IMG/VR virus record: IMGVR_UViG_3300032328_000352
Location: 1-47,561 of that record
DNA: 47,561 bases
Reading direction: 5' to 3' (one strand)
Origin: a virus
Taxonomy: Duplodnaviria > Caudoviricetes
Shown: positions 19,601-28,777 of the stretch, in pieces
How the letters are laid out: each line of letters begins with the position of its first letter
Position numbering within the stretch: position 1 is the first letter of the stretch
Translations under genes and position numbers: made by a program
Notes under the pieces: generated by a model
The model's database searches: none
Seen by the model: only the letters and a program-made list of their open reading frames with translations
What the model was told of the DNA's origin: nothing

Positions 19601-20980
19601 TATCTGAGAGAGACTAGCCTGAAGTGGCATTGCTTTGTTTCTTAACTCTAAAGTAGTTATACTTCCTAATCCCATCCTCAACTCATTTTTCATTTGTGGA
19701 TTGGACGCAATACCTTCATAAGCTAGTATTTTCGGAAAAGGTCCTTTAGGAATACCTAACGTACTACGTGCTACACCTTCGTATTGATCTTTAGGCAGGA
19801 TGATAACGTCGCCTTTAAACATACCATCTTGAATATTTCTAAAGTTAGCTGATCCGCCTTTATTCTTTAAAGTTTTCAGTTGATCTATAAGACCTTCTTG
19901 GGCTTTGATTTCTTGGTCGAGACTTCTTAACTCGGAGGTCTCTCCGTTGAGTCTTTTAGTTGCATGTATTTTCCTAAGCTGAGCTACACGTGCTTCTTTC
20001 TCCGTAATGAAAGTATCTAGTCCTTCACCAGATATAATGAGGTGACCATCAAGGTTGCTTTCAGCAACGTCTTCCATAGCTCTTAAAGCTTTAGATTTTT
20101 TGCTACTTAGAAGCTTTTTTAATTCGTCTTCTGGATCAGTGCCATTAGCTTCGGCTATTTTTATAGCGTCTTCGCGCAATCTATTTTGATCTATATAGGC
20201 ATCGGGATTTCGTCTTATCTCAGCTCTCAGATTCGCACCATACTGCTTACTACCTGGCATAGATCCAATCGAGTTCATAAACTGCTCAGCCGTAAACGTT
20301 CCTATATCAAAGCCAACCTCATCAAGCATTCCAGCAACAGCAAGAGCCCTACCCGAGACTAGTGTGTTCAAACGCTTTGCCAACTGAGCTTTAGAAGTAT
20401 CAATGCCCAGCTCTAAAGCTTCAGACATAAGTCTATGGAACTCCGTAACAGAGACAGCTTCTGTAGCTCCACGTGGAGTGAAGGATAGTATGTGCCCAAC
20501 GTCGTTTTGCACGATGGGAAATCCATGACCAACAGCCTTACCTTCGTAATCGTATCCTGACTCAGCAAACATAGCTCGGAATGTATTTGGATCTTTTAAT
20601 TGGTAAGATTTAACCTCAATAGTTCCACCAAGTTTATCAGCTATAAACTCAAGAGGATCACTTGAATATCCTCCTATAGATGGCTGAAACATACTCGACT
20701 TAGCTTGCTTTCCTGTTATCTTTCTAACAGAAGAAAAAGAGTAGTTATTTATAGTATTAGCTTGTTGCACATTGCGCGCTTTAAATGTTTCAAAACCCTT
20801 TTTTATTGCCAGATAGGGTTTACCTGAATCGTCAACTTGCACAGACATACCAGGACTTCTCGTGCCATATCTTTGACGTATCAACTTTTTTGTAGCGTTT
20901 CTGAAAGCAGGGCTAGTCATGTGTAGACGTGCAAAGTCAGCAGCTTTTACTGGGTTATTCATGTATTCAAAAATATCCAT
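16667..20980 (-). CDS. Candidate virion-associated single-subunit two-barrel RNA polymerase with C-terminal hydrophobic helix
   Basis: 1437 aa coupled to the tape-measure gene (TGATG). Motifs LDGHLIIS (D311), FRN..MFKGDV (R381, K389), LGGADFDDS (D645/647/648) and YRDP (R669). C-terminal GVLMGLGFMVALGAL. The CDS is certain; the function is inferred. Confidence 0.62.
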   Translation of the reverse strand: MDIFEYMNNPVKAADFARLHMTSPAFRNATKKLIRQRYGTRSPGMSVQVDDSGKPYLAIKKGFETFKARNVQQANTINNYSFSSVRKITGKQAKSSMFQPSIGGYSSDPLEFIADKLGGTIEVKSYQLKDPNTFRAMFAESGYDYEGKAVGHGFPIVQNDVGHILSFTPRGATEAVSVTEFHRLMSEALELGIDTSKAQLAKRLNTLVSGRALAVAGMLDEVGFDIGTFTAEQFMNSIGSMPGSKQYGANLRAEIRRNPDAYIDQNRLREDAIKIAEANGTDPEDELKKLLSSKKSKALRAMEDVAESNLDGHLIISGEGLDTFITEKEARVAQLRKIHATKRLNGETSELRSLDQEIKAQEGLIDQLKTLKNKGGSANFRNIQDGMFKGDVIILPKDQYEGVARSTLGIPKGPFPKILAYEGIASNPQMKNELRMGLGSITTLELRNKAMPLQASLSQITAFPEIFTPEYLQRSFQAEADEVIDMISSPISKTGALSQMVDKILEDSSLLDTMSQVEFDEYMQTKEFAKRIRTMLDYGVNPDEVDVMGRQFISMYNKHFSKLRSGKEVMNLGTFSRLPNYDYRRKVIGGFRAEISPEGTTAPFRRGAGTLDFARNRISYDETTGRVSFNTLDTRGILSTLGGADFDDSVGVVVKYDREARKAVAFVYRDPTEAGEFLLMDADLTTVPLMNVKRDVADNVKYLSRKKKQIMKELNSKDSTFMKALHNEMHASNLTPRALRNAQSKIRRLEELRSELNSVQRELDRVLSANLDSISIRGSFGPGSSVNAPKGYGFDQAGLDAQYARSIVNSNQDTSALQHLEFLRSFKGEVDGSLNPSGIYRFKGTSENLADSRFFTSLNDEAMRAYSRANQQGQTLSKRVLEKAKLISESGQIQDAAFYRATVLSESNMVLEQWANVKTGLDQIYTETLRSNYDKFQGLGLESVNVIQRETIIDAAVKNADMELLDAAETITQDAAKAMTRNLIKIHKAGLGDGIGFDKYIYDTKMASVHQAILSELEGSDITLDQILLNKGRIHGIIQEGIESSQKLSEVLSEKVAQNSIGLTALDDFAPTADEITIAQEYIDNYIAASKEISQRTPESIMSGLLDGSLDPATYLDDGEEINRRNLQFLMDRGLLEDGAQKARDRQVLAIAKVSEMKRAELNGSMRHGIFSSLLTDSSDARINVSMSDMLFSAVNKHRYKSKIEEYNFNLQAIKDSSNTEAVDAAKARATELYTELRDYFPNLRGELDSTGVLALPEATEEVLSSSGRISKDGSTLLGLRNTADEASEAVSKAAHVMQRFSMDGFKQMVRETKGAKGVLMGLGFMVALGALHGDKKLDRTPEDMSGPPLLPGGSAYEDYSETDDFSSIYSMASGNSMSPGMLYQVNVNGRIEPTELQNRIQSITGGSMNSTIYKGRETVRTGYQDSQSIMSDRFGF

Positions 20981-23900
20981 CAGTAAACTCCTGCGTTAAG
21001 CTGAACTCTCGTACCCGGATATGGCGTTGGGATTGCCTGCACAGAACCCTGCATTTGTCCATTGAACATCAACCTACGAAGCTGAGCTTGGACACTTTCA
21101 TTAGAGCTGGAGCTGTACATGTTTGGGTAAGAAGGATTGATAAGATTAGCCTCTCTGATCTGCTGCGGGAAGTAGCCCATCTGAGCCATATCAATTCCCT
21201 GAGACTGACCAACCTTAATCTTTATAGTATCCATATTAAGTAGTGGTGACCATATTTCTGATTCAGGAGATGGTAGCTCATGGTCTTCAAAGTATTCAGG
21301 GATGTCAGGACGTTGCTCAACTGGCATACCCCATGCAGCCTGGTAGAATCTACGCTCTAGTCTTCCAGCCGTAGAGAGAATCTGCTTGCGCTCTTGTTCC
21401 GGCGCATAGAGCATGGATAGGAAGTGCTCTCTCTTTCGCTTAGGGATGGCCATTGCCAACTTCTCTGGCGTAGAGTTTAGATCAGCTCCATACATTGTTC
21501 TCTTAGACTGGTTAACGTAGAAGTTTACTGCTTGTTGATCACCAGCTTGAGATGCTCTACTTGCCAACATTACAGACTTTGTATAACTAAGTATGTCAGT
21601 GTACTCTTCTAGAGCAAGCTGCTTCTTTCTATCCTTGGGTATAAATCTATCACCAGTAATTAATTCTTGAGCGTTGTGTAATGCACTTGAAGTAAGACCG
21701 ATAGTTCCACCAACCGTTGCGCCTACGGCTTTGGCTTGAGGCGTTACACCGAACATGGATCCGATGAAGCCAAGACCAAGAGCGGAAGAAATAGGATTTC
21801 TCTGAGAGGTCTTATTAATCATTGGCTTCAAGAAGCTGTCTACTGGATCTTGCCAGGTCGGGAATGTAGCTCCGTATACGTTGTCTCTCTCCCAATCCTC
21901 AACAGCGGTTCTGTTAGGTAGGAACTTGGTGTTAATAATGGTGTCTCGGTGGGATAGCCATTCCCAAGCTCTACCAGCTGAGTACCCGACTGGATTATCT
22001 ATGACCTGGTTTGGATCTTCATAGCGATACCTATAAGGAGTGAACTCATTCCTCATACGCATTGCGTCAACTTGTGCTCTGGTCTGTTGCACCTTCTCAA
22101 AAGCAGGATTACTGAGCGGCGCAGAATTAACCAGTCTGTCTACAGCTTTGTATTCAGGAGACCATGGAGCAACATCTGCCAAGATGTCATGTATGTTTGC
22201 GATACCCATTTGACCATACTGGTCTGGATATAGTTTATGAGTACGATTATAGCCAGTGCCAGGAAGTCTGATCTCTGAATCGGGAAGGGTTCCATACGGA
22301 TCACCCATCTTCAATGGATTGATGGGGTAGTTGCTTCCAGGAAGCCATGGATATTGTTTACCCATCGTGTTGGCAATTGGGTTGATGTAGTTAATACCAC
22401 TTTGTTCTTTAGGAACGAAACGACGAATGATTTCAGAGATTTCGAGGTTAGCCATGTTACCCTCGATAGGCAGTGGCAAGTCACCGAGACCACCAAGATT
22501 CATACCCCAGAAAGACCTAGAAGCTGAGTAACCTCGGCTCGCTGGCTCCAAGACGGCTTGGCTTGGCGTAAAATCAGAACTTCCAAATCCAAGACTCTTA
22601 CGAAGTTGACCAGAGGCGAAACCATAGATACCCATGAGTTCTTGACTCTGATATCCGAGCTTACCAGCTTGCACTCCAATGCTGCCTGGATTCAGCGGAG
22701 GACTTGCTTCCAAGACTCTCGGCTGCATCGTGCCTGGCGCGTAAGGTACTCCATAGGGCGCTGACCGTCTGTAACCTGACGAACCGGACCCAGCAGAGGC
22801 GGAAAGGCCACTGGCTATCTGAGTGGCTCTGTCACGCACCATTCCAGAAGCTGTGCCTCTACCTGAGCCAGTTCCCATTGAGGAGTAGAAGCTAGTACCA
22901 CCGCTATAAGGTGTATTAGCCACTCCAGAGTTAATACCGCTAAGCGCTTGACCGGGTGAGCTTAGTATGGGTCTTTGCGACATGTACGCACCAGATTCAC
23001 CAACTGGAGCATATTGTTGAAGTCCGTAGGCAAGTTCTTCTTTGTGCATCTCGCGACGAGGTTTTAGGACTCTGCCGACCGTTGAGTTCAACACTCCATT
23101 CAAAGGACCCCAAGGACCAGTGAAATAGTCACCACTCACTGGGTATGGACGGCTTTCATAATTCTGGCGTTCAAATCTGTATGGGTCGAGTGGTCTCAAT
23201 GGAGAATAGTCATAACCAAAAGCTAGGCGTTCAAGAGGTGTCTCATTCTTTTCTGGAATGAATGTACCACCAGATTTGAATCTTTGATACCAAGATGGAC
23301 GGAAGTACTGGATACGTCCACCCTTGAATGGCGTGTTACCAAGCGGCCAAAACCTACCAGCCCTGATTGGTACTTCGCCTTCTTCTAATTCGTAGCGTTT
23401 TTCTTCTGCAGTCTGTCCACCGGGTACTAATCCGGCTGAAGCTATCTGCATATTCTTCAGGGCGTCAGCTCCATAACCCATTAGATATGGAGCATAAATC
23501 GGATTACCTTCAGCGTCTTCGTTTATCATACCGCCAAGCTGGCGATCCAACATCGTGACGGTAGTACCACCAGCTACGATCGGTAGAACTCTCTTGCCAA
23601 CCATACCACGAGCGTAGTAGTCTAAGGGTCCTTTATATCTGTTTGGATCGATACCCATACTGAAAGTCTCAAAATACCTATTGAGACGAGAGACCATATG
23701 GCTTACGGGAATGCTAGATCCAGAGAATGATTGTCTTCCCTTCTCTGACCAAGTATTGAAACCCAAAACGCTACTTACAGCTCCAACTGGATTTCTTTCA
23801 AAAGCTGTACCAAACGTAGGGACTAATGTCGTTCTAGATCCGAAAGGATTAAACTCCATTCCAGAATCGTATGGAGTGGCACCTAGAGAGCGCCTACCCA

Positions 23901-26900
23901 GATTCTTTAAAGCGCCGACTCTACCAGACGAATGAGGGTTACGCTTAGCGAAATCTCCAAGAAGTCTACGGTTAAAATCGGGAGCGCCTTGTGCTGGATC
24001 CAGCATTGCTCCCAGTGCTTCTCTGGCAATCTGGGGTTGAGTAACGCCTACGCCGAAGTTAAAGCCTGGTCTATTTATAATATTCTGATAACCCTTGATG
24101 GAATAGAATTCCATCTGTACACCAAGAACGGCAGCGCGGGCTTCACTGAGTTCTTTCCTGGAAATCCTACCCTTAGAGGCTAATCCTTCAACGTCGTTAA
24201 GAAGCTTTTGGATAGACGAGTTGAATGTCTGACCGGTAGAAGTATCAAGCTCTGTCGTTACCAATTTGTACTTAAAAATCTCGTTTCTAAGTCTATCGAT
24301 ATTTCGACTGACACCGACAGAACGCATAGCCTGCGAGGTGCTTTGATCGAAGAAGTTAGTTTCTGCTTCTCCCCTTTTGAGAAGGTTTCTAATATTTTGC
24401 TGAAGCTTGAAAACGTCATCAGACTTAGTTCCTGGATTCGCTTGCGCCCTCTTGGCATCGGTTTCGATTAAAGACTTAGCGAATGAGACTAGCCCTGTAT
24501 CAGAGATATCAGCTACGTCATCCCCTAACGCAAGTGGTGCATGCCATCCCGAGGGTGTGCTTACGGCGCTTAACTCTCGCATCGTATTGCGAGAAATGCC
24601 GTAGTTATTTAAGGCTCTAAATAGCTTATGGAAACCAAAGGTTTCATTCTCTGTTAGATTAGGGTTGAAATCTGTTTTACTAGCGAACCATTGAGCTGCT
24701 CTAATTGGATTGCGGATACCAGGGGAATCAGCTCCACCTTGTTTGTATTGTAGGAATTGTTTCCATCTTTTGCCAAGACCAAAAAGGGATTCAGATTGAT
24801 CCCTACTGACATCCATCTTTTGTTGGAACGCATTGATTCTCTTACGCCACTTACCTTCACCAGCAGCTGTGCCAGGAGCTTCTTGGCCCATTTGACTAGC
24901 GGCAAGGCGCACATGCTTTCCACCCATCTTGGTGGAATCATTATCAAATGGCTTATAGAAACCAGAGTGTTCAACGGTTGTGGGTGAAGCTCTACCAACT
25001 CCACCGGTAACGCTAACAACCTTACCTTTAGAACCACGTTTCGATGTTCTCATCCATAGATGGAAATCAGCAGACTCGCTTCCGGGTGGCATAAATGGCT
25101 GCAAAGAGGAGCCGTTTACGATTTGAATAGAAGCTTTATTTCTCAGGTCTCTTCTGACGTTGTGACCGAGAAGTGTAACAGGGTTGAAGTGGAGAAGGGG
25201 AATCTGATATTCATCGGCAAACTTATCGGTAGCCTTACTTAAAGATCTTCCTATTCTACCTATGTCAATGACTCTACCTGAAGAGCTTTTGTAAACGCCC
25301 TTCATTCTTAGCGACTTAGATGTATCTGGTATGTTCTGACCGAGATTTCTCGCATTGATAATATGCGAAATCTCATTTCTTACATTAGGATCTGTTCCTT
25401 CAAAGAAGCCATTTTGAAAAGCCTCAGAAACAGAAAGGCTTTGGAAGCCAAAGATGTTAGCGCCTTTTCTAGACCAAGGCTTAGAGATATCGCCCTTGTC
25501 TGTCAAAAAGCCCTTTAAGCTATGAAGCTTAGTGGGATCCATGCCTCTTTGGGCTAATTGATTTCTAAGGACTTGATCAGCTACCTTTTGACCCGCACCA
25601 TCGATCGTCTCGATGCCCATTCTTTGGGCTGTGCGTCTGATCAGGAAATCTCTCTGAGATGATTTAAGCGAACCAGAGAATTCTTCATATGGTCTGCGCT
25701 TGGTCGTGAGAATATCACCACCGAATTTAGGTAGCACTCTACCGTGGATAGTGTTCCACTGTTGTTCTAACTGATCTTCCAAACCATCCTGGAACGTGCG
25801 AGACCCGAACTTAGCATCGGCTATAGTTACGGCTCTTCTGAACTTGCTCTCGTCAACCCCAGCCATTTCTATCTTGGCTTTTAGTCCCTGTGCTTTTAGC
25901 CCAGCAAACCAATCCGTAATATTATTCGGATCACTTACATCTACACCAGAAGCAAATTTAACTCTTTCAGCTAAAGCCTCACCAGGAGTATAAACACCCC
26001 TACGCTTTATGGGCTTGAGCACAGATGCAGATCTGATGAACTGAGAAGCGGTTTTTCTGTCAAGGCCTGTACTCTCTAGGCCATCGACAAGCAAGTCCTC
26101 ATAGGCCGCGTGACTTCTGCCTTGGAAGAAGTTACCCTGACGCCAGTCTGGGTTTTTAGTGCCGTTAGCATTATACCTGCCACCACGACCTAGTTGGAAA
26201 ACCTGAGTAGCGTATTCTTCTACTCTAGTCTTACCACCTCTACGCATGAACTCGCGAACATCTACTTGATCATCAAGATTAAAATCTGCGAGCTTTCTTT
26301 TACCGCTAATAACATCTTGCCAGTTATCGTAGGTTTTACCTACTTTATTGAAGTTCGTTTTGGCTTCAGTTAAAGAATCGCCAATACCCTTGAATGGTCC
26401 CGGTAGAGCATTCAGGTGTGTTCTGTAGTTCTTCTTTAAACCAGCAGGACTGGCGACTTCTCTTGCGAAGTTAAAACTCTTCTTAGCAAAGCTGGCGTTG
26501 GCCACAGGATACGACATCGTAGCCTGATCATTCATTCTCTTAGCCCACTGAGTGAACGATATACCATTGGACAAGTGGGTGTCAACGTAGCTTGATGCTG
26601 CGCCTGCGGATTGGTTACTGTATCTGTTGACCTTGTTGAGCAAGTCTTCTGCTGAAGCGCCAACTCGACTCAAGGCTGAGCGCATTGTTACTAAGCCGAG
26701 ATTGTTTTCACCAGAAGAAGAACTAAACGTCTTCAGACCTTGAGTCATCAGACGGTTGTACTGAGCACTTCCATACCCCATGCCAAGTTCAAACGGAATA
26801 GCAGCAGTAGCAACGTTTCTGATGCTTGTATTAGCAAAGTCGCCAAGAACATCTACTGGGTTAAGCCAGTTAACCTGTTTCTTTTCTGGATCCTTATTGA

Positions 26901-27492
26901 ACAGCGGTTGTATAACAGCTTTATCAGCGAGGTAAAGAGCTGGCAATTCATAAGGTAGTCTACGAGCCTGAGAGACAAGACGCTGCTGAATAGCGTCACG
27001 AGCAGTCCAAGCCTCGACATTATCACCGTCTTTGATCAGACCGTCACGAAAATGAAAGCTATCTACCTTAGTTGTGACTTCACCAAAATACTTATAACGG
27101 CTTTTTCCTACACCAGCGGTTCGAGCTTCTCTCTTGACAAAGATTGAAGGATCATTTTTATCAATGACCTTTCGCTCGACACCTTCAAGGGTATCTAAAT
27201 ATTCCCTAACTTTACGAATAGACTGAACAGCCGTCTGAGAGAATTCATCCCCGCCCTTAGCTGCCTGTTGTAAGCCATAGCCGAGCCTTAATCCTCCGCC
27301 CCTGACAACCTTACCAGCCACATGCATAGAAACAAGGGCTGCAGCGCTGGTTGCTAAGAAGGAGGCTACTGGGTTTTTAGACAGTGCTCTTTGAATGAAA
27401 GAGGCACCCTCTGGGGTGCCTTCTTCCGTATCTCTATTGACCGGAGTGACACCAAATCCTATGTTAGTATTAGGTCCTGGGTCCTTGATCAT
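20980..27492 (-). CDS. Tape-measure-like / ejected tail protein
   Basis: 2170 aa directly downstream of two tail assembly chaperones; rich in G/A/S/R/K, with hydrophobic glycine-rich segments near both ends (ASFLATSAAALVSMHVAG; SALGLGFIGSMFG..VGATVGGTIG). Confidence 0.72.
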   Translation of the reverse strand: MIKDPGPNTNIGFGVTPVNRDTEEGTPEGASFIQRALSKNPVASFLATSAAALVSMHVAGKVVRGGGLRLGYGLQQAAKGGDEFSQTAVQSIRKVREYLDTLEGVERKVIDKNDPSIFVKREARTAGVGKSRYKYFGEVTTKVDSFHFRDGLIKDGDNVEAWTARDAIQQRLVSQARRLPYELPALYLADKAVIQPLFNKDPEKKQVNWLNPVDVLGDFANTSIRNVATAAIPFELGMGYGSAQYNRLMTQGLKTFSSSSGENNLGLVTMRSALSRVGASAEDLLNKVNRYSNQSAGAASSYVDTHLSNGISFTQWAKRMNDQATMSYPVANASFAKKSFNFAREVASPAGLKKNYRTHLNALPGPFKGIGDSLTEAKTNFNKVGKTYDNWQDVISGKRKLADFNLDDQVDVREFMRRGGKTRVEEYATQVFQLGRGGRYNANGTKNPDWRQGNFFQGRSHAAYEDLLVDGLESTGLDRKTASQFIRSASVLKPIKRRGVYTPGEALAERVKFASGVDVSDPNNITDWFAGLKAQGLKAKIEMAGVDESKFRRAVTIADAKFGSRTFQDGLEDQLEQQWNTIHGRVLPKFGGDILTTKRRPYEEFSGSLKSSQRDFLIRRTAQRMGIETIDGAGQKVADQVLRNQLAQRGMDPTKLHSLKGFLTDKGDISKPWSRKGANIFGFQSLSVSEAFQNGFFEGTDPNVRNEISHIINARNLGQNIPDTSKSLRMKGVYKSSSGRVIDIGRIGRSLSKATDKFADEYQIPLLHFNPVTLLGHNVRRDLRNKASIQIVNGSSLQPFMPPGSESADFHLWMRTSKRGSKGKVVSVTGGVGRASPTTVEHSGFYKPFDNDSTKMGGKHVRLAASQMGQEAPGTAAGEGKWRKRINAFQQKMDVSRDQSESLFGLGKRWKQFLQYKQGGADSPGIRNPIRAAQWFASKTDFNPNLTENETFGFHKLFRALNNYGISRNTMRELSAVSTPSGWHAPLALGDDVADISDTGLVSFAKSLIETDAKRAQANPGTKSDDVFKLQQNIRNLLKRGEAETNFFDQSTSQAMRSVGVSRNIDRLRNEIFKYKLVTTELDTSTGQTFNSSIQKLLNDVEGLASKGRISRKELSEARAAVLGVQMEFYSIKGYQNIINRPGFNFGVGVTQPQIAREALGAMLDPAQGAPDFNRRLLGDFAKRNPHSSGRVGALKNLGRRSLGATPYDSGMEFNPFGSRTTLVPTFGTAFERNPVGAVSSVLGFNTWSEKGRQSFSGSSIPVSHMVSRLNRYFETFSMGIDPNRYKGPLDYYARGMVGKRVLPIVAGGTTVTMLDRQLGGMINEDAEGNPIYAPYLMGYGADALKNMQIASAGLVPGGQTAEEKRYELEEGEVPIRAGRFWPLGNTPFKGGRIQYFRPSWYQRFKSGGTFIPEKNETPLERLAFGYDYSPLRPLDPYRFERQNYESRPYPVSGDYFTGPWGPLNGVLNSTVGRVLKPRREMHKEELAYGLQQYAPVGESGAYMSQRPILSSPGQALSGINSGVANTPYSGGTSFYSSMGTGSGRGTASGMVRDRATQIASGLSASAGSGSSGYRRSAPYGVPYAPGTMQPRVLEASPPLNPGSIGVQAGKLGYQSQELMGIYGFASGQLRKSLGFGSSDFTPSQAVLEPASRGYSASRSFWGMNLGGLGDLPLPIEGNMANLEISEIIRRFVPKEQSGINYINPIANTMGKQYPWLPGSNYPINPLKMGDPYGTLPDSEIRLPGTGYNRTHKLYPDQYGQMGIANIHDILADVAPWSPEYKAVDRLVNSAPLSNPAFEKVQQTRAQVDAMRMRNEFTPYRYRYEDPNQVIDNPVGYSAGRAWEWLSHRDTIINTKFLPNRTAVEDWERDNVYGATFPTWQDPVDSFLKPMINKTSQRNPISSALGLGFIGSMFGVTPQAKAVGATVGGTIGLTSSALHNAQELITGDRFIPKDRKKQLALEEYTDILSYTKSVMLASRASQAGDQQAVNFYVNQSKRTMYGADLNSTPEKLAMAIPKRKREHFLSMLYAPEQERKQILSTAGRLERRFYQAAWGMPVEQRPDIPEYFEDHELPSPESEIWSPLLNMDTIKIKVGQSQGIDMAQMGYFPQQIREANLINPSYPNMYSSSSNESVQAQLRRLMFNGQMQGSVQAIPTPYPGTRVQLNAGVY

Positions 27493-27506
27493 TTGTCACC
27501 TTTAGT

Positions 27507-28244
27507 TTATTGTAAAGCTTGTCGTAATTTCTCCGCTATAGGATCTCTACCCTTAGGAGTTCCTGTCATCTGTAGAAGAGTCTGTTCATCAAATTCCGCT
27601 AATACTTCGCGGGGTATTGAACTACCACTAGTTTCTCTCTCAGTTGCGACTACCTTAGATAGTAACTTCTCTTTGTTAATAGGTGCTTGAGTTTTTTGTT
27701 CTGGAGCTGATTCCATCAATTCGCCATCAGTTGAACCAAAAGCGAAGAGAACCTGAGCCTCAGGAGGTAATCCACTGGCGGCTTGCTGCACGCCTAATAT
27801 CTTTTCAGCTAAAACTAATTTACGTATCAATAACACAATTGAGAGCTGGTCAAGATCTTCTTCCGTGTACGCTGGCATGGCTGCTAGAATGAATGCCTTC
27901 ATCATATAAGAAGCTTCTTCTAATTCAGTTCTCGTGCTCTCCAAGGATTCAACCAAGAAGTTAACATCAGTGAATCCTGAGATCTTCAAGATCTGGTCAG
28001 CTAAAGAAGATACATGACCAGCTTTCATCTTATCTAGATCAACGTCAGGCGGATCTACAACTGCCATCCTGACAACAAAGTCTTCTAGATCTGCATCTGT
28101 GGCTTCATCGCTGAGTATAGAAATAATGTATCGATACTCTTGCAGCGTTAATGGACGGAATATATATTCCTTTTTACCCAACTCGGCGGAGAATACATTC
28201 CCAAATCTAGTTTTAAGTTCGTATCTCTGCTGGTCTGAAATCAC
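27507..28244 (-). CDS. Tail assembly chaperone paralog 2
   Basis: LKTRFGNVF..EYIFRPLTLQEY..KAGHVSSLADQILKISGF parallels the upstream chaperone; GTG start overlaps the upstream stop. Confidence 0.75.
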   Translation of the reverse strand: MISDQQRYELKTRFGNVFSAELGKKEYIFRPLTLQEYRYIISILSDEATDADLEDFVVRMAVVDPPDVDLDKMKAGHVSSLADQILKISGFTDVNFLVESLESTRTELEEASYMMKAFILAAMPAYTEEDLDQLSIVLLIRKLVLAEKILGVQQAASGLPPEAQVLFAFGSTDGELMESAPEQKTQAPINKEKLLSKVVATERETSGSSIPREVLAEFDEQTLLQMTGTPKGRDPIAEKLRQALQ

Positions 28245-28732
28245 ATTAATCTAATGTCAATTGGGTTGAATCCCGAAGCCTCAAGAATCTGTTGCGCAAG
28301 AATGGTTGGTAGTCCGGCTTTCTTGCCAGAGAACTGCTTACGTGTAAGCTTGGGATAAAGAAGACACATCTCAGTGATGACTTCCTCATTTTCCATAAGT
28401 GCTTCACTTTGAGAAACATTGCCATTTGCCATAAGCTTTTCCATATGCTGCATAGCTGCTCTGTACTCGCCTCGGTTGATCGTACGCCAAACGACATGCT
28501 CATCAAAGGTAAGGGATGTAATATAAACATCACCAAACTCTTCTTTCCATTCGATGATCTGTCCGGCAGTTGGGCCATCGGGCCACAGGACTTCATCTGG
28601 ATTCATATCTTCTACAGACTTGTCATCCAGTTCTGGATCAATCATTTCGAGATCATCGTCAACAGGATCAGGTAGGACTTCTTCTACTGGCTCGATCTCT
28701 GGATTCTCTTCTACCATTGTAACTTTAGGCAT
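28241..28732 (-). CDS. Tail assembly chaperone paralog 1
   Basis: EWKEEFGDVY..VVWRTINRGEY..KAGLPTILAQQILEASGF; acidic; lies between tube genes and tape measure; AAGGAG RBS. Confidence 0.78.
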   Translation of the reverse strand: MPKVTMVEENPEIEPVEEVLPDPVDDDLEMIDPELDDKSVEDMNPDEVLWPDGPTAGQIIEWKEEFGDVYITSLTFDEHVVWRTINRGEYRAAMQHMEKLMANGNVSQSEALMENEEVITEMCLLYPKLTRKQFSGKKAGLPTILAQQILEASGFNPIDIRLM

Positions 28733-28765
28733 TTAAAACTCCTTACATAAGGAAAACTACTTCAC

Positions 28766-28774
28766 AGTATAACA
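28766..28774 (-). promoter_or_regulatory. Possible extended -10 promoter (TGTTATACT) upstream of the chaperone/tape-measure genes
   Basis: TGn-TATACT in the short intergenic gap, about 35 nt before the ATG; no clear -35. Confidence 0.4.
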
Positions 28775-28777
28775 CAT

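Noticed and set aside
28246-28596. Alternative-frame 116-aa ORF in the chaperone gene as a frameshift product
   Set aside because: It is in a third frame, stops at 28246 and does not join the downstream gene; I saw no clear slippery heptamer.
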